Origin: Hemiscyllium ocellatum | Lineage: Eukaryota | NCBI RefSeq assembly: GCF_020745735.1 | Contig: NC_083421.1 | Span: forward strand, 51,823,001 to 51,887,000 | DNA length: 64,000 nucleotides | Reading direction: 5' to 3' | Part shown: piece by piece, positions 1 to 12,319 of the stretch | Layout of the letters: each line of letters starts with the position of its first letter | How positions within the stretch are numbered: position 1 is the first letter of the stretch | Translations under genes and position numbers: made by a program | The notes under the pieces: model-generated | Seen by the model: the letters and a program-made list of their open reading frames with translations, nothing else | The model's database searches: none | Told to the model about the DNA's origin: nothing

Positions 1-639
1 TCATTAGTCAAGTTACATTTCAACCAAATTACATATCAGTCCCATTACTGCCTTTTCCCTTGAATCAACATCTAGGTTTATGGTGGCATATTCAAACACC
101 GTGAATGGAAAATAATTACTCAGCATTTTATAATTCCTGTTGAACCATTGGGATCTTCAAAGTTGGTTGACTTTTTTTTCTTCTGTTGTCCGATTGTTAT
201 CGTAGAAACAAGGTGTGTTAAGTCATACGCTGTGTCTATCATAGTACAGGCTAAACTTTAACTTGAAATAAATCTATAAGATAATCTTTACTAAACCTTC
301 AAATGAATCTTAACTGTGTTTTATTAACCTTCCATTGCCAATATAGACATGCTTTCTGAAGGAATGGAAGAATCAACCACATCTGTGATTGTCTTTAGAT
401 TAATGCTAGTAGTAAATGCCTGTGATGTAATGCTAAACCTGCACGTGAAGAGTTACATAATCAATGAGCATTGTTCCATATGTAACATTGCTGTCTTTCT
501 CCAACTACAAAGTTTGAGAGTTAGCCGTTGATTTATCAGGGTACAGTCTAAGTTTAGCTCATTGGTTTTCACTGCTGGTGGTGCATTAATTTTATCCTAA
601 TGATGGCTCCGAATGTTGACTCACTCAATAGGTTACACC

Positions 640-1950
640 TCGTTCTCCCCTCCATCCCCATTCGCAAACCACAACCCTACATCCCCTCAGCTTGTCCTTC
701 ATGTCATCAGTTCCCCAATCTCCCTCCATATGCGCCTTCACCACCGCTGTCTCTCTAGATGCCTCCCCCCACCCCAAAAATCTCTCTCCATACTACCTCC
801 TGTTGCCCTCCCTTCAGAACCCATCCGTCTCCTGCATATGGCCTCCACAAACCACCTCTCTCTCCCTGTCCCTTCACACCACCTTCTATTGGTCTCTGTC
901 CACACACCTGTTGCTCTCCCTCTCTAACCCTCCATTCTCCCTCTGCACACCACCTCCCTCACTCTCTCCACACCCTCTTCTGTTACTCTCCATCCAGAAC
1001 AGCACCCTTCCCTCAGCTGCCCATTCACAGCCCTCCCCTATTTTCTCTCAAAACACACCCATCCATTACTCTACATAAGAGTAACAAGAAGATGGAGTAC
1101 TGGGCTAATGGTCCAATACTTGGTAGTGTGGATGAGCAGAGGGATCTTGGTGTCCATGTACGCAGATCTCTGAAAGTTGCCACCCAGGTAAATAGTGCTG
1201 TGAAGCAGGCCTATGGTGTACTGGCTTTTATTGGTAGAGGAATTGAGTTCCGGAGTCCTGTGGTCATGTTGCAGTTGTATAAGACTCTGGTGCGGCCGCA
1301 TCTGGAGTAGTGTGTGCAGTTTTGGTCGCCATACTATAGGAAGGATGTGGAGGCACTGGAACGGGTGCAGAGGAGGTTTACCAGGATGTTGCCTGGTCTG
1401 GTAGGAAGATCGTATGAGGAAAGGCTGAGGCACTTGGGGCTGTTTTCATTGGAGAAAAGAAGGTTTAGGGTTGACTTGATAGAGGTGTACAAGATGATTA
1501 GGGGTATAGATAGGGTTGACCATGAGAATCTTTTTCCATGTATGGAGTCAGCTATTACGAGGGGGCATAGCTTTAAATTAAGGGGTGGTAGGTATAGGAC
1601 AGATGTTGGGGGTAGATTCTTTACTCAGCAAGTCACGAGTTCATGGAATGCCCTGCCAGTAACAGTGGTGGACTCTCCCTCTTTATGGGCATTTAAATGG
1701 GCATTGGATAGGCATATGGAGGAAAGTGGGCTAGTGTAGGTTAGGTGGGCTTGGATCGGCGCAACATCGAGGGCCGAAGGGCCTGTACTGCGCTGTATTT
1801 TTCTATGTTCTATAACTTGTCCTTCCTCTCCATTCTCCTTCCACACCCCCTCCCAATGCTCTCCACCCATTTTTATCCCTCAATAAATCCTTCGGCCCCT
1901 CCATCCTCCCTCTGTACAGCTCTTCCCCCATTCTCTCTCCACACCCCAAG
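640..1950. repeat. C/T-rich low-complexity tract (640-1070 and 1815-1950) split by a LINE insertion
   Basis: Degenerate ctcc/cacacc units on both sides of the LINE; explains Pro/Ser/Leu-rich ORFs. Confidence 0.8.
1072..1812 (+). mobile_element. 5'-truncated CR1/HER1-type LINE (RT C-terminus and 3' tail)
   Basis: EQRDLGVHV...[37 protein letters not shown] motifs, in-frame stop, tail ggccgaagggcctgtactgcgctg...tctatgttctat. Confidence 0.93.
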
Positions 1951-1951
1951 T

Positions 1952-2259
1952 GATTAGATTACTTTGTGTGGAAACAGGCCCTTCAGCCCAACAAGTCTAC
2001 ACTGACCCGCCGAAGCGCAACCCACCCATTCCCCTACATTTACCCCTTTACCTAACACCACGGGCAATTTGGCATGGCCAATTCACCTAACCTGCACATC
2101 TTTGGACTGTGGGAGGAAACCGGAGCACCCAGAGGAAAACCACGCAGACACGGGGAGAATGTGCAAACTCCACACAGTCAGTCACCTGAGATGGGAATTG
2201 AACCCGGGTCTCTGGCGCTGTGAGGCAGCAGTGCTAACCACTGTGCCACCATGACGCCC
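1952..2259 (-). mobile_element. HE1-type (V-SINE) tRNA-derived SINE
   Basis: A/B-box head GGTGGCACAGTGGTTAGCAC...GGGTTCAATTCC, LINE-like tail and (TCTAA)n end; many near-identical copies in the window. Confidence 0.92.
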
Positions 2260-3161
2260 ACGAAGAAAAGTGTTGCTTTCCTTCAGACTCCCAACCCACT
2301 CTCCCTCAAGAATCTGGGTGTATGCTGCTGGCCCTTTGCCCTGTCAGAGCTGCTTGCTATTGGCTACGTTTGACTTCAGCCTTTACCTACCTTATTCTGA
2401 CTGGTCAAGCTGACATCTCCTCCCACCAATCAAAGCCCATGATGAGGAATAGATGAATGTTGGCAAGGGATGTTACCAGGGTGGTGCTTTGGCCTTTCTT
2501 TGGCTCAAGTTGGGATCTTCTGTGGGCAGTCACTGGGATTGGCTTCCTTTAAAGGACATTGGTGAGCCAGATGTGTTTTTTATAAACAAACAAACACCAG
2601 CTACGTGGGTGCCATGACATCAGCCTTTTAGTCCAGATTTTTCTTGAGTTTAAATTTGAGAAGGTCTCCCCTGGCAGGCTGATCAAGAAAGTAAGAGCCC
2701 ATGGGATCCAAGGAAACATTTGGAAGCAGGGAGCAAAGGGTGATGAGGAAAGTGTGATTCTGTGATCTACAGGGCTCAATACTGGGTCCTTGCTCTTTAT
2801 AGTGTACATTCATGATTTGTGCTTAAATGTAGGGGGAATGGTCAAGAGGTTCACAGACAGCAGAAACTACTAGGTGAGGTAATAAACAAGAGGATAACTG
2901 TCTACTGCAGGAGGACAGCAAAAGAGTGCTTAGCTGGACAGAGCTATAGCAAATTGGATATAGCCTGGAAAATTATGAAGTATTGCACTTGGAGAGGGCT
3001 AACAAGGCAGGAGATGCTACTTTGACTCTGGAAAGTCCAGCAGGTCAAAGGGACCTTGGTGTGCATATCCACGGATCAAGAAGGTAGCTGGGCTAGACGA
3101 TGAGGTGATTAAGAAAGCATATGGGATACTTGCCTTTAATAACTGGACATGTAATACAAGA

Positions 3162-4040
3162 TGTTCTGAAGGTGGAGAGGCGTACTGTACCTTTGAGAGA
3201 GAGAGGAAGCTAGCAAGGACAGAGTATCTTGAACAATTTACAAGTGTAACATTTGGTTGAAACAAATAGCTGGAGTTGCGTTGCCATGGGAACAAAAACA
3301 AATTCAAATTCAGCCAATACATTTAAATTATGCCCCAAATACCAAACTCCAATTGAATTTGAATTTAGTGTTTTGATGACATCAAAGCAATGAAATGATC
3401 TGATTTGATGCTTTAGGGTATAAAACTGGACATTTTGAACAATTATTGCAAAGAGTACAAACCAGTATGGACTGCTAGCTGAATAGCTATCTGAAAGGTA
3501 CCCGTCCATAAGAAATTTGTGCAGCAGAAGATTGAAGCCGACCTAGAAAAATTACAAAGGAGCATCAACAAAGCTGACTGGTTTTGAGATGTGTATTTTT
3601 TAAATTTGTAAATCTTAATCATGGTTTTCTTTAATATCAGGAGAATGTGAGGACTGTAGATGCTGGAAACCAGAGCTGAAAATGTGTTGCTGGAAAAGCG
3701 CAGCAGGTCAGGCAGCATCCAAGGAACAGGAGAATCGACGTTTCAGGCATGCACCCTTCGTGCCCAAAACATCAACTCTCCTGCTCCTTGGTTTCTTTAA
3801 TATCAGACCAGTATTTTAGACTGGGAGGTAAAAGATAGGTTTAAGAGAAAGGAGTTGTCAATAGTTGTTGTCTTAGTTTTCTCCGTTTGGACTTAAAGAA
3901 CAAAATTGTTAATTTTTTCTTCAAACAGTGAAATCTGGGATAATTCTTTGCCTCTCGAAATTTAACAGATTATAGCCCAAGGTGAGCTGCTCTGACTGTT
4001 GGGTTTAGATTAGCAGAGGGGTTTACCCTGTGTCGTAACA
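3162..4040 (+). mobile_element. Solo LTR (Gypsy/ERV-like)
   Basis: TGTT...AACA termini, 4-bp TSD AAGA (3158-3161 and 4041-4044), internal CCAAT motifs and TATAAAA (3419-3425). Confidence 0.75.
3641..3791. mobile_element. Short Penelope-derived fold-back element nested in the LTR
   Basis: Family sequence gatgctggaaac...aatcgacgtttc with partial inverted arm; flanking duplication tttctttaatatcag. Confidence 0.8.
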
Positions 4041-5314
4041 AAGAGCAGAAAGGTTATGCTGGAACTGTATAAAATGTTGGCTAAGCCAGAACTGAAGTAC
4101 TGCATGAGGTTCTGGTTACTGCATTACAGGAAGGATGTGATTGCAGGCTGCACAGGAGATTTACCAGGATGCTGCCTGAGCTGGAGGGGCTGAGCTCTGA
4201 GGAGAAATTGGAAAGGCTGGGATTGTTATATTTGGTGAAGGTTGAGAAATGATCTGATGGAGAGGTATACAACCATGACAGGTATACTTAGGGTGGTTAG
4301 GAAGGCAAGTTTTCAATAGTAGAGCAGTCAATAAACAGGGGTGTAGATTTGAGGTAAAAGATGGAAAGCTGAGAGAGGACATCTCTGCACCCAGGAGGGA
4401 TGGGAGTCTGGAACTCACTGCCTGATTACATGGTTGAGATGTTTTCCTGGGGTAGAGGAGTCCAGATCTAGAGGGCATAGGTTTAGGGTGAGAGAGGAAA
4501 GATGTAAAACAGACCTAAGAGGCAACCTTTTCACTCAGGGTGGTATGTGCATGGAATGAACTGTCAGAGGATGTGGTGGAGGCTAGTGCAATTGCAACAT
4601 TTAAAAGGCATCTGGGTGGGTATATGAATAGGAAGGGTTTAGAGGGATATGGGCCAGGGGCTGATAGATGGTACTAGATTGGGTTGGAATATCTGGTCAG
4701 CATGGACAAGTTGGACCGAAGGGTCTGTTTCTGTGCTGAACATCTCTCTGACTGTGGCACTAATAACTCTTTGCACCTGCCTGGGGCAGGGACGTGCACT
4801 GCAGTGAAATGGTTTCATCGATTTTCTCCTGTGTTTGTTGGAGAGACATTAAGAATGCTGTTCATAATTCCCCGCCACCGCAAATGCTGGAGCAGTAATC
4901 CCTGGGGTTTGCCGTCGAACTGAACATGCTGATATGTCTAAGGGTCTGCGTCACACAAACCTTCCATTGTCTACTTGTAATAAAACAGCCCAACCCAGCA
5001 ACTCCCTGTCTTTTGTTCGTTGCTCGCTTACAATCCTTCAATGTACAGCAGGATTGATCAGTAGAATCTACCACTCCACAGAGTGCGGTGAGTACTTTTC
5101 AGGAGGAGCAGGACAGATCTTCAATTGGTGATGGGTGCAAGGATTATGGTGAGCAGGCAGGAAAGTGGAGTTGAAGTTGAGGTAAGATTAGCATAATTGT
5201 ACTCAATACCAGATCACAGTTGGAGATGTGAATTGCCTTCTCCTGCTCCTACTACTGTTCTTTTACATGGAGGTGCAGACAAAGATCTGTATCTGAGTAA
5301 CGTCCTGTGTATGG

Positions 5315-5384
5315 GCTGAAAATGTGTTGCTGGAAAAGCACAGCAGGTCAGGCAGCATCCAAGGAGCAGGAGAATCGACGTTTC
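5315..5384 (-). mobile_element. Short Penelope-derived element fragment
   Basis: Same family; ends in gacgtttc (GAAACGUC on minus); flanking repeat taacgtcctgt (5298-5308, 5385-5395). Confidence 0.8.
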
Positions 5385-5597
5385 TAACGTCCTGTATCTG
5401 TTCAAAATATGACACACAGGTTGAAGGAGAATATTGTAACTTTTTTTGTTGTTTCAGCCACAATGTATCCCCTCTACCCAGCATAAACAAAACTGATAAT
5501 GCAACCATTTTCACATTGCTACTTTTGGGATCTTGCTGTTTGTAAATGTGCTGCTTCACTTTTCCCTTTTGAAACAGTAATTACGCTTCATATGTAC

Positions 5598-5891
5598 TTA
5601 GATTAGATTACTTACAGTGTGGAAACAGGCCCTTTGGCCCAACAAGTCCACACCGACCTGCCGAAGTGCAACCCACCCATACCCCTTCATTTACCCCTTA
5701 CCTCACACTAAGGGCGATTTAGCATGGCCAATTCACCTAACCTGCACATCTTTGGACTGTGGGAGGAAACCGGAGGAAACCCATGCAGACACGGGGAGAA
5801 CGTGCAAACTCCACACAGTCAGTCGCCTGAGTCGGGAATTGAACCCGGGTCTCAGGCGCTGTGAGGCAGCAGTGCTAACCACTGTGCCACC
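5598..5891 (-). mobile_element. HE1-type SINE
   Basis: Near-identical to 1952-2259. Confidence 0.92.
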
Positions 5892-7502
5892 CACCTAGCT
5901 GACTGTAAAGTACATAAGGGCCTTAATTAGCATGTCCCAAAGATGTATCATACAAATGCAAGTTGCTTTTAAAAATATTTCTATATAATGCCTTATTTTC
6001 AAATCACTGTCACAAGATAATTCCCATGATGGAAAAGAAATCAGCAGAACACCACGTCTGATGTGAGAAACATTCTCCTCATTGCCAAAGGCAGCAGGAA
6101 GACCTTTGCATAACTTCAAACAAAGTTTTTTAAACTGATGGAGTCAGAGATTTCCAGCCCAGAAAATTGGAAGTAGTTCCTACACTTGGGTGGTAAAGCT
6201 TGCAGAGACAAACACGACAGCTGCTTAAGAGTTGGGCTCATTGAACAGTGACATGTAAATACCACAGCCATTGGAATTCTGCACAGCCATCTCTTGGTAA
6301 CCAGACATTTTGTTAAAACAGTGACAGAAGGTAGCTCTGTGACAAGCCTAATTTAACTAATTCACCCTTCCCCAGTGTTCAGCACATTACTTTTGGAACT
6401 GCCATATGTCACAAATGCATTTAAAAAATGTCTTTTTGCCATGACTGTATAGGGGATGAGCTATAGTGTTGATATTAGTGCCATCTCTGTCTTCTGTTTA
6501 AAATGTGAAACTAGTGAATTTGTAAACATTCTCCCCATCCCACACACACAAAACCACCACCTTCCTATTTTAAACTCCAAAGTCATTCTGTCAATTGTTA
6601 TGGATTTTAGCAATTACAAACATTTGGCTATGTTCAGATGGGTATTGAGGGATATCTTAAATTACTGTGATCTGATATATCTGTAAATATTCAGCTAATG
6701 CTGAAGTGCGTGGGTGTTCTGATTTCATCTGTTGCAATTTCATTCAGAAGACTATCCAAAATTCCCCAGATGGTTGACCTGATGGCATTGCTTTGCATGA
6801 AGAAATCTGACAACGTTACGAATGTGCCAGGGTGAGCGGTGCCAGTTTGGCCGATTTTCCTGGCAGAATTGGCTGGAGGCCTGGTTCCGGGCAAATGGGT
6901 GTGGGCCTGAGCGATGTGGTTCGAGTGAGCCTGAAGTGTTGGTGAGGTTGGTTCCCCCTGTACCTGCAGCATCAAGAGCAGTAAGGCCTTGGATTCTCGG
7001 AGAGCGGGCCAGAGCAGAGCAGACTGAGCCCTTGCAGGGAGTGCACTAAAAGTCTGTTCGACTTTAACCATTATGCCATTAGTTCCCAGTTAATACTAGG
7101 AAAGACTGTAATGTTAACTTCTAACTTTATTTATTTTTCTGCTTACACTAAGAACGGTAAAATCTTACTTTTAACTTTGATTCTCTACTGGTTGTACCTA
7201 GATCCTTTCGTAACTGAGACAGTGCCATATGTGGTGATTTTGTTCACTTTTCACTGTGCTCCCTGAGTACATCTGACAACAAAAGTTTAAAATCTTTCAA
7301 TTGATAAAGAATTCAGTTTAAACAAGTTTCCATTCACCCCTCAAATCAGTGGCACTTACTACATTACAGCTTGATGGGCACCACTGATTCCTCGTCCAAG
7401 CTGTCTCTAGGCTGCAAGCATCTATCATATATTTAACAAAAGGAGAAGAAGAGGTAGAACAATCGAGTTCTTATTCCTTCTCGGTTAATGGCTGTACATT
7501 GT

Positions 7503-7813
7503 GGGCGGCACGGTGGCACAGTGGTTAGCACTGCTGCCTCACAGTGCCGGAGACCTGAGTTCAATTCCCGACTCAGGCGACTGACTGTGTGGAGTTTGCA
7601 CGTTCTCCCCGTGTCTGCGTGGGTTTCCTCCGGGTGCTCCAGTTTCCTCCCACGGTCCAAAGATGTGCGGGTCAGGTGAATTGGCCAGGATAAATTGCCC
7701 GTAGTGTTAGGTAAAGGGGTAAATGTAGGGGTATGGGTGGGTTGCGCTTCAGTGGGTCGGTGTGGACTTGTTGAGCTGAAGGACCTGTTTCCGCACTGTA
7801 AGTAATCTAACCT
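7503..7813 (+). mobile_element. HE1-type SINE, full length
   Basis: GGGCGGCACGGTGGCACAGTGG head to TAATCTAA tail; possible TSD attgtg. Confidence 0.93.
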
Positions 7814-8267
7814 ATTGTGTCAGCTCGAGCTCTTTTCTGCAAGCCAGAATGCTGTGGACTCCATCTCAGAGACATGAACACTACAGCTTAGCACAATGCT
7901 GAGCGAATACTGTGGTTTCTTTCAGATCAGTCATTGACCTGAACCCCCAACCTGCCCTCTCAGTTAATGTCAAAGTTACATGGTTTAAGTTGAGGTGAAA
8001 GATAATATTACTCTTGGTCTCCTCTCTCATTAGGGATCAGTAAATTTAACCTGAGTGTCACTACATCTCAAGTTCTTTATTGTAATCTCAGCTGGTATAG
8101 GAACTGACTCCTTGCAGCCCCACCCCACACCCATGCTGTAGGCATTACACTGCATCAGCAAACCAGCTGTCCAGTCAACTGAGCTAACCAACCCCACTCC
8201 TATAAACAGTCAAGTTTGGCTGGGCAATCAGTATTTCTCTCACGCAACCGAAAATCAAAATAAAATA

Positions 8268-8810
8268 ATCCAGATGTTGGAATTCTGAAACAAACACAGA
8301 TTGCTGGAGCAACTCAGCAGATCAGGCAGGATCAATGGAGCAAGAAGCAGAGTTAGAATCCATGCAACACAGAAAGAGGCCATTCAGCCCATTGACTCTA
8401 CACCAACCTTCCAAAGAGCTCCCAGCTTCCCCCACCCTATCCCCATAACCCTGCATTGATCATGGTTAATCCACCTAACTTCCACATCTTTGGACTGTAG
8501 GAGGAAACCAGAGCACCCAGAGGAGACCCACAGACACAGAGAGAACATACAAACTCCACATAGTCACCTAATACTGGAATCAAACCTGAGACCCTGGTGC
8601 TGAGAGGTGGTAAGGTTAACCACTGAGCCAGCATACTGCCCAAAGTCAATATTGTCAACGCTTCAAACAGCTGAACTCCTATGATGCCTTCAGAACTGTC
8701 ACACCAGACTCGAAACTTTAACTCTGTTTCTCTCTCCAAGATGCTGTCAGACCTGCTGAGTTGCTCCAGAATTCTGTGTTTGTTTCAGATTTCCAATATC
8801 CGCAGTATTT
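8268..8810. mobile_element. Older Penelope-derived fold-back element (sub-family B) split by a diverged HE1-type SINE (~8356-8640, minus)
   Basis: Left arm ctgaaacaaacacagattgctggagcaactcagcag is inverted relative to right arm ctgctgagttgctccagaattctgtgtttgtttcag. Confidence 0.7.
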
Positions 8811-9109
8811 TAATTTTATACCTGATTGTGTGAGTGAAATTCTGGTTGGCCAGTCAAATGTTGCCTGTAATGAGAGAGGAATCCCTAATGTCTGATCATC
8901 CATTAACCAGGAGCAGGAATACTCTTTTGGTAATTCCCTGTCTGCACTGTGTCCCACACCCAGGCAGTCACGCAGACTGTGAGGCAGCTGACCTGAAATA
9001 CCCTAAGGCGATTGGTTAGTTGTAGTTTTTATTGCTGCAGCACTTACGTGTCAGCTATGGCGGCTGTGACACTCTCCAGGTTCACTTCAGTCAAAAAAAT
9101 AAGTGAATG

Positions 9110-9742
9110 ATTGGTTTTATTGTCACATGTATTATACAGTGAGAGAAACAGTAACATACAGTGAAACACGCCTCCCCTGTCACCATGATCTGGTGCCATC
9201 TTTTAGAATAGAAAGATATAGATTAAAAAGAGTCCATTAGTTCTGAACCAGCTCATCACCAATGATGCCTGCACCACCATCCCTCCTCTACCTCCATACC
9301 ACCGTGTACACTGGTCCCAACCACCAGTGAAGTTGCTGCTCTTCAGGTGCCATCTTTCATCACTGGGGCCCATTCTCCTCTGCTGCTTCCTGCATCAGAC
9401 TCACCCACATCAGAGCTGTATCTCTCACTGCTGGGCCCACCTTTATGTCACTCGTGATGTCCTTCTGCCGGCAGTGCTGGGCCCAACTAACAACCAAGTT
9501 GCTGATCCTCAGCTGCCATCTGTTGTCACTGGGCCTACCTCGTCAATGTGAAAAGTGAGTAAGGGCTGACTCGTTGCCACCACAGGATTTGCACTGGGCC
9601 CACTCGTGTCTGTACTGGGATTCCTTGCTGCTGCCTCTGGTTGGGGAAGTGAGTCAGTAAGTAAAATTAAAAAAAACAAGAAAAGAAAAAACAGTTGGAG
9701 CAAATGAGCCCAGGTTCAGGAGCCCCATTCTGCCGCCATCTT
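9110..9742 (-). mobile_element. Unclassified non-autonomous retroposon-like repeat
   Basis: Starts CAAGATGGCGGC and ends GTGACAATAAA on minus; related copy at ~11745-12225. Confidence 0.55.
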
Positions 9743-9924
9743 GATGACATAAGAAAAACCTGTTGGCGGTCAAAGTCTAGACCAGGGGCTCACAACATCA
9801 CTCCCAACAGCGGGAGCAAAACACAAGACCTTGACACAGCCCAAACAGTACTGGAGAACAAACCAGAAACCTCACTAACCCACACAAAGTTACACATCCA
9901 GACCTGTCTCTATGTATAAACATC

Positions 9925-10232
9925 TAGAATCCCTATAGTGTGGAGACAGGTCCTTCAACCCAACAAGTCCACATCAACCCTCTGAAGAGAAACCCACCCA
10001 GGCCCATTCCCCTACTTCTTTACACTTCTCCTTAATTAATACGCCTAACATCCCTGAACACGATGGGCAATTTAGCATGGCCAATTCACCTACCTGCATA
10101 TCTTTGGATCGTGGGAGGAAACCCACGCAGATATACGGCAAATGTGCAAATTCTATACAGTCACCCAAGGCTGGAATTGAATCCAAGACCCAGGCACTGT
10201 GAGGCAGCAATGCTAACCACTGAGCCACCATA
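9925..10232 (-). mobile_element. Diverged HE1-type SINE
   Basis: gggcaatttagcatggccaattcacct core and tRNA-like head. Confidence 0.88.
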
Positions 10233-10298
10233 TCACATAAGTGGCACAATGCATCATGAGCAGCTACTATGTAGTGTTATATCCGGGCCACCCATTAC

Positions 10299-10580
10299 TG
10301 GAGGTGATAGTGTTGTGGCCAAGTTACTGAGCTAGTAATTCAGCAGCCTCAATTGTTATTCTAGTGGTGGGACGGGGTCATATCCCGCCTTGTTGGATGG
10401 TGACATTGGAATTCACTGAACACCTGCCATTGAAAGCTAGCCTAATGGTGACCTTGTAATCACTGTTCATGGTTTGTTCATCTCCTTCCCAGCAGGAAAT
10501 CTGATGCTCCAACCTGGATCTGGCCAGACTTTGAGCAATGGACTTTTAACTGGCCCTCCAGCCAATTAGAAATGTGCACA
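10299..10580 (+). mobile_element. Second tRNA-derived SINE family (decayed)
   Basis: Similar to copies at ~12320-12640, 27625-27925, 28760-29050, 40730-41090, 41430-41715, 46740-47045 and 48930-49200. Confidence 0.6.
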
Positions 10581-10839
10581 ACACAGCAGCACCCAGCAAA
10601 ATAAAATGATGGTTAATGTCTCAGATTATTGTGGGTGATTCTACCACATTTCCAATTTTTAGAACATTGCAAATAAATGTGTCTTCCTGTAGTATGAAAT
10701 GTTTATAATATGAAAATGTCCATTTTGTTATATCTGGCAAGTAACAATGTATGTGTGATAGTTTAAAAAATGCACGTAATTGTATTGCTTTTAGCAAAAT
10801 AAATGATGATTGTTTCCAAATGTTTCCCATTAATTCGGA

Positions 10840-11330
10840 ACATTGGAAATCAGAGCTGGAGGAATTCATTCAGCCCCTTGAGCCAGTATCAACATTCCAT
10901 GAGTTTATGATTACTTTTGTAACTTGAAGCCATTTTTCCATATTATCTGCATCTTCCTTGATATCATTGATGTCTAGAACTCTATGGATTTCTGCCTAAA
11001 ACATTCTCAAAACTGAGCCTCCACGGCCCTTTGGATCAAAGAACTTCAAAGATTCACCACTCGGCAAGTGAAGAAATTTCTCCTCATCTCGATGCTGATT
11101 GGTTCCATCCTTATTCGGTGTGATCTTAAACAGGCTCCACTCAAACCAGGCGAAGCATCCTTCCTACATCTACCTCACTGAGTCCATAAGAATATTATAT
11201 GTCTTAATGAGATCACCTCACATTCTCATAAACTCCAGATAATACCGACCCAGTGTCCTCAATCTCCCTTTCATTTGGGCATTCCTGCTAGCCCATGGAT
11301 CAAGCTCATTTCACACCATCTATGGTCAGT
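10840..11330 (-). mobile_element. Old CR1-type LINE 3' fragment
   Basis: gaacttcaaagattcaccact...gtgaagaaatttctcctcatctc and atgagatcacctc are reverse-strand LINE motifs. Confidence 0.65.
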
Positions 11331-11744
11331 AATTATATCCCTCCTCAGTGAGCCGGCTGTGGTTACAGTACAATGGGAGTGTCCTTACCTCTGAATTATC
11401 AAGGTCTAGTATCACATCCCACTCACTCCAGAGGGGCTTTGTCATTACTGAGCAGATTGGTTAAAGATGCCTATCCCTCTTTAGGAAAACTCTGATGTTT
11501 TTGTTTTCACAGTTGTGAGTCAAAGCATGTGTAGCATTTTCTGCATTGGATATTTTACCCCATTTAGGTGATCCATAATTTAAAATAAATGCTTATAATA
11601 TGAAAATGTCTATAATTTTTATCTGGTATGAAGAAATAATGCATTTATGATAGTTTAAAACAATTAATGCATGTAAATGCATTTAGCGAAAAATATATTT
11701 ATAATTTCCATTCGTTCTCCTTGCTTAGGACCATTTTTGATTTG

Positions 11745-12225
11745 GTCTATTTATTGTAACAAAAATATTACAAGTACAGCGTAAAGTGTTGTAGCATTGC
11801 CACTCTTTGGCGCCAACTTAAAGCACAGAAAAATAAACCAAAACATAGAATATAAAGGCAGAAGAATAAAGAATTAAAGTTCATCTTTGCAGTCCTTCCT
11901 GCTAAGTGCTCAGCTTTGGACTGGAGTGGCCAGCCAAGAGTCCCCTCACCTTCTTCCAGAACATGTCACTAGTCTCCATCTTGCCTCCACCAGCGCTGCA
12001 GCCACTGTGACTCCTCGCTGAAGCTCCCCAATGCAGCCACCACTGATGCCTCTGGGTCCCACACTGGCCCAAACCCAACTCCACCATCAATGCCAAGAGC
12101 CTCACCAAAGCAGCCACTGCCAATGCCATTGCCATGATCAAATTCTTCACAAGTGGTAAGTAAAAAGAAGAAAAAAGGAGAAAAGGGGGGAAAAAAATCA
12201 GACCAGCCCCACTCTGCCGCCAATT
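11745..12225 (-). mobile_element. Second copy of the 9110-9742 repeat family
   Basis: Shares tttattgt tail and gcccca(c/t)tctgccgcca head. Confidence 0.5.
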
Positions 12226-12319
12226 GGATAAGCTGTGTGAGATAGGAGCAGAAATAGACCATTCAGCCTGCACCACCTTTGGTCTGGAATTTCTTTTTCC
12301 TTATTCTTGTTATGGATGT

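Larger units (their letters stand above)
2655..4752 (+). mobile_element. Decayed CR1-type LINE pieces (2655-3161, 4041-4437) plus HER1-type 3' end (4438-4752), interrupted by a solo LTR
   Basis: Nucleotide similarity to other LINE copies; the sequence joins across the insertion at tacaaga|gcagaaaggttatgctgg. Confidence 0.8.

Noticed and set aside
7503-7570. tRNA-like A/B-box sequences
   Set aside because: They are SINE heads, not tRNA genes.
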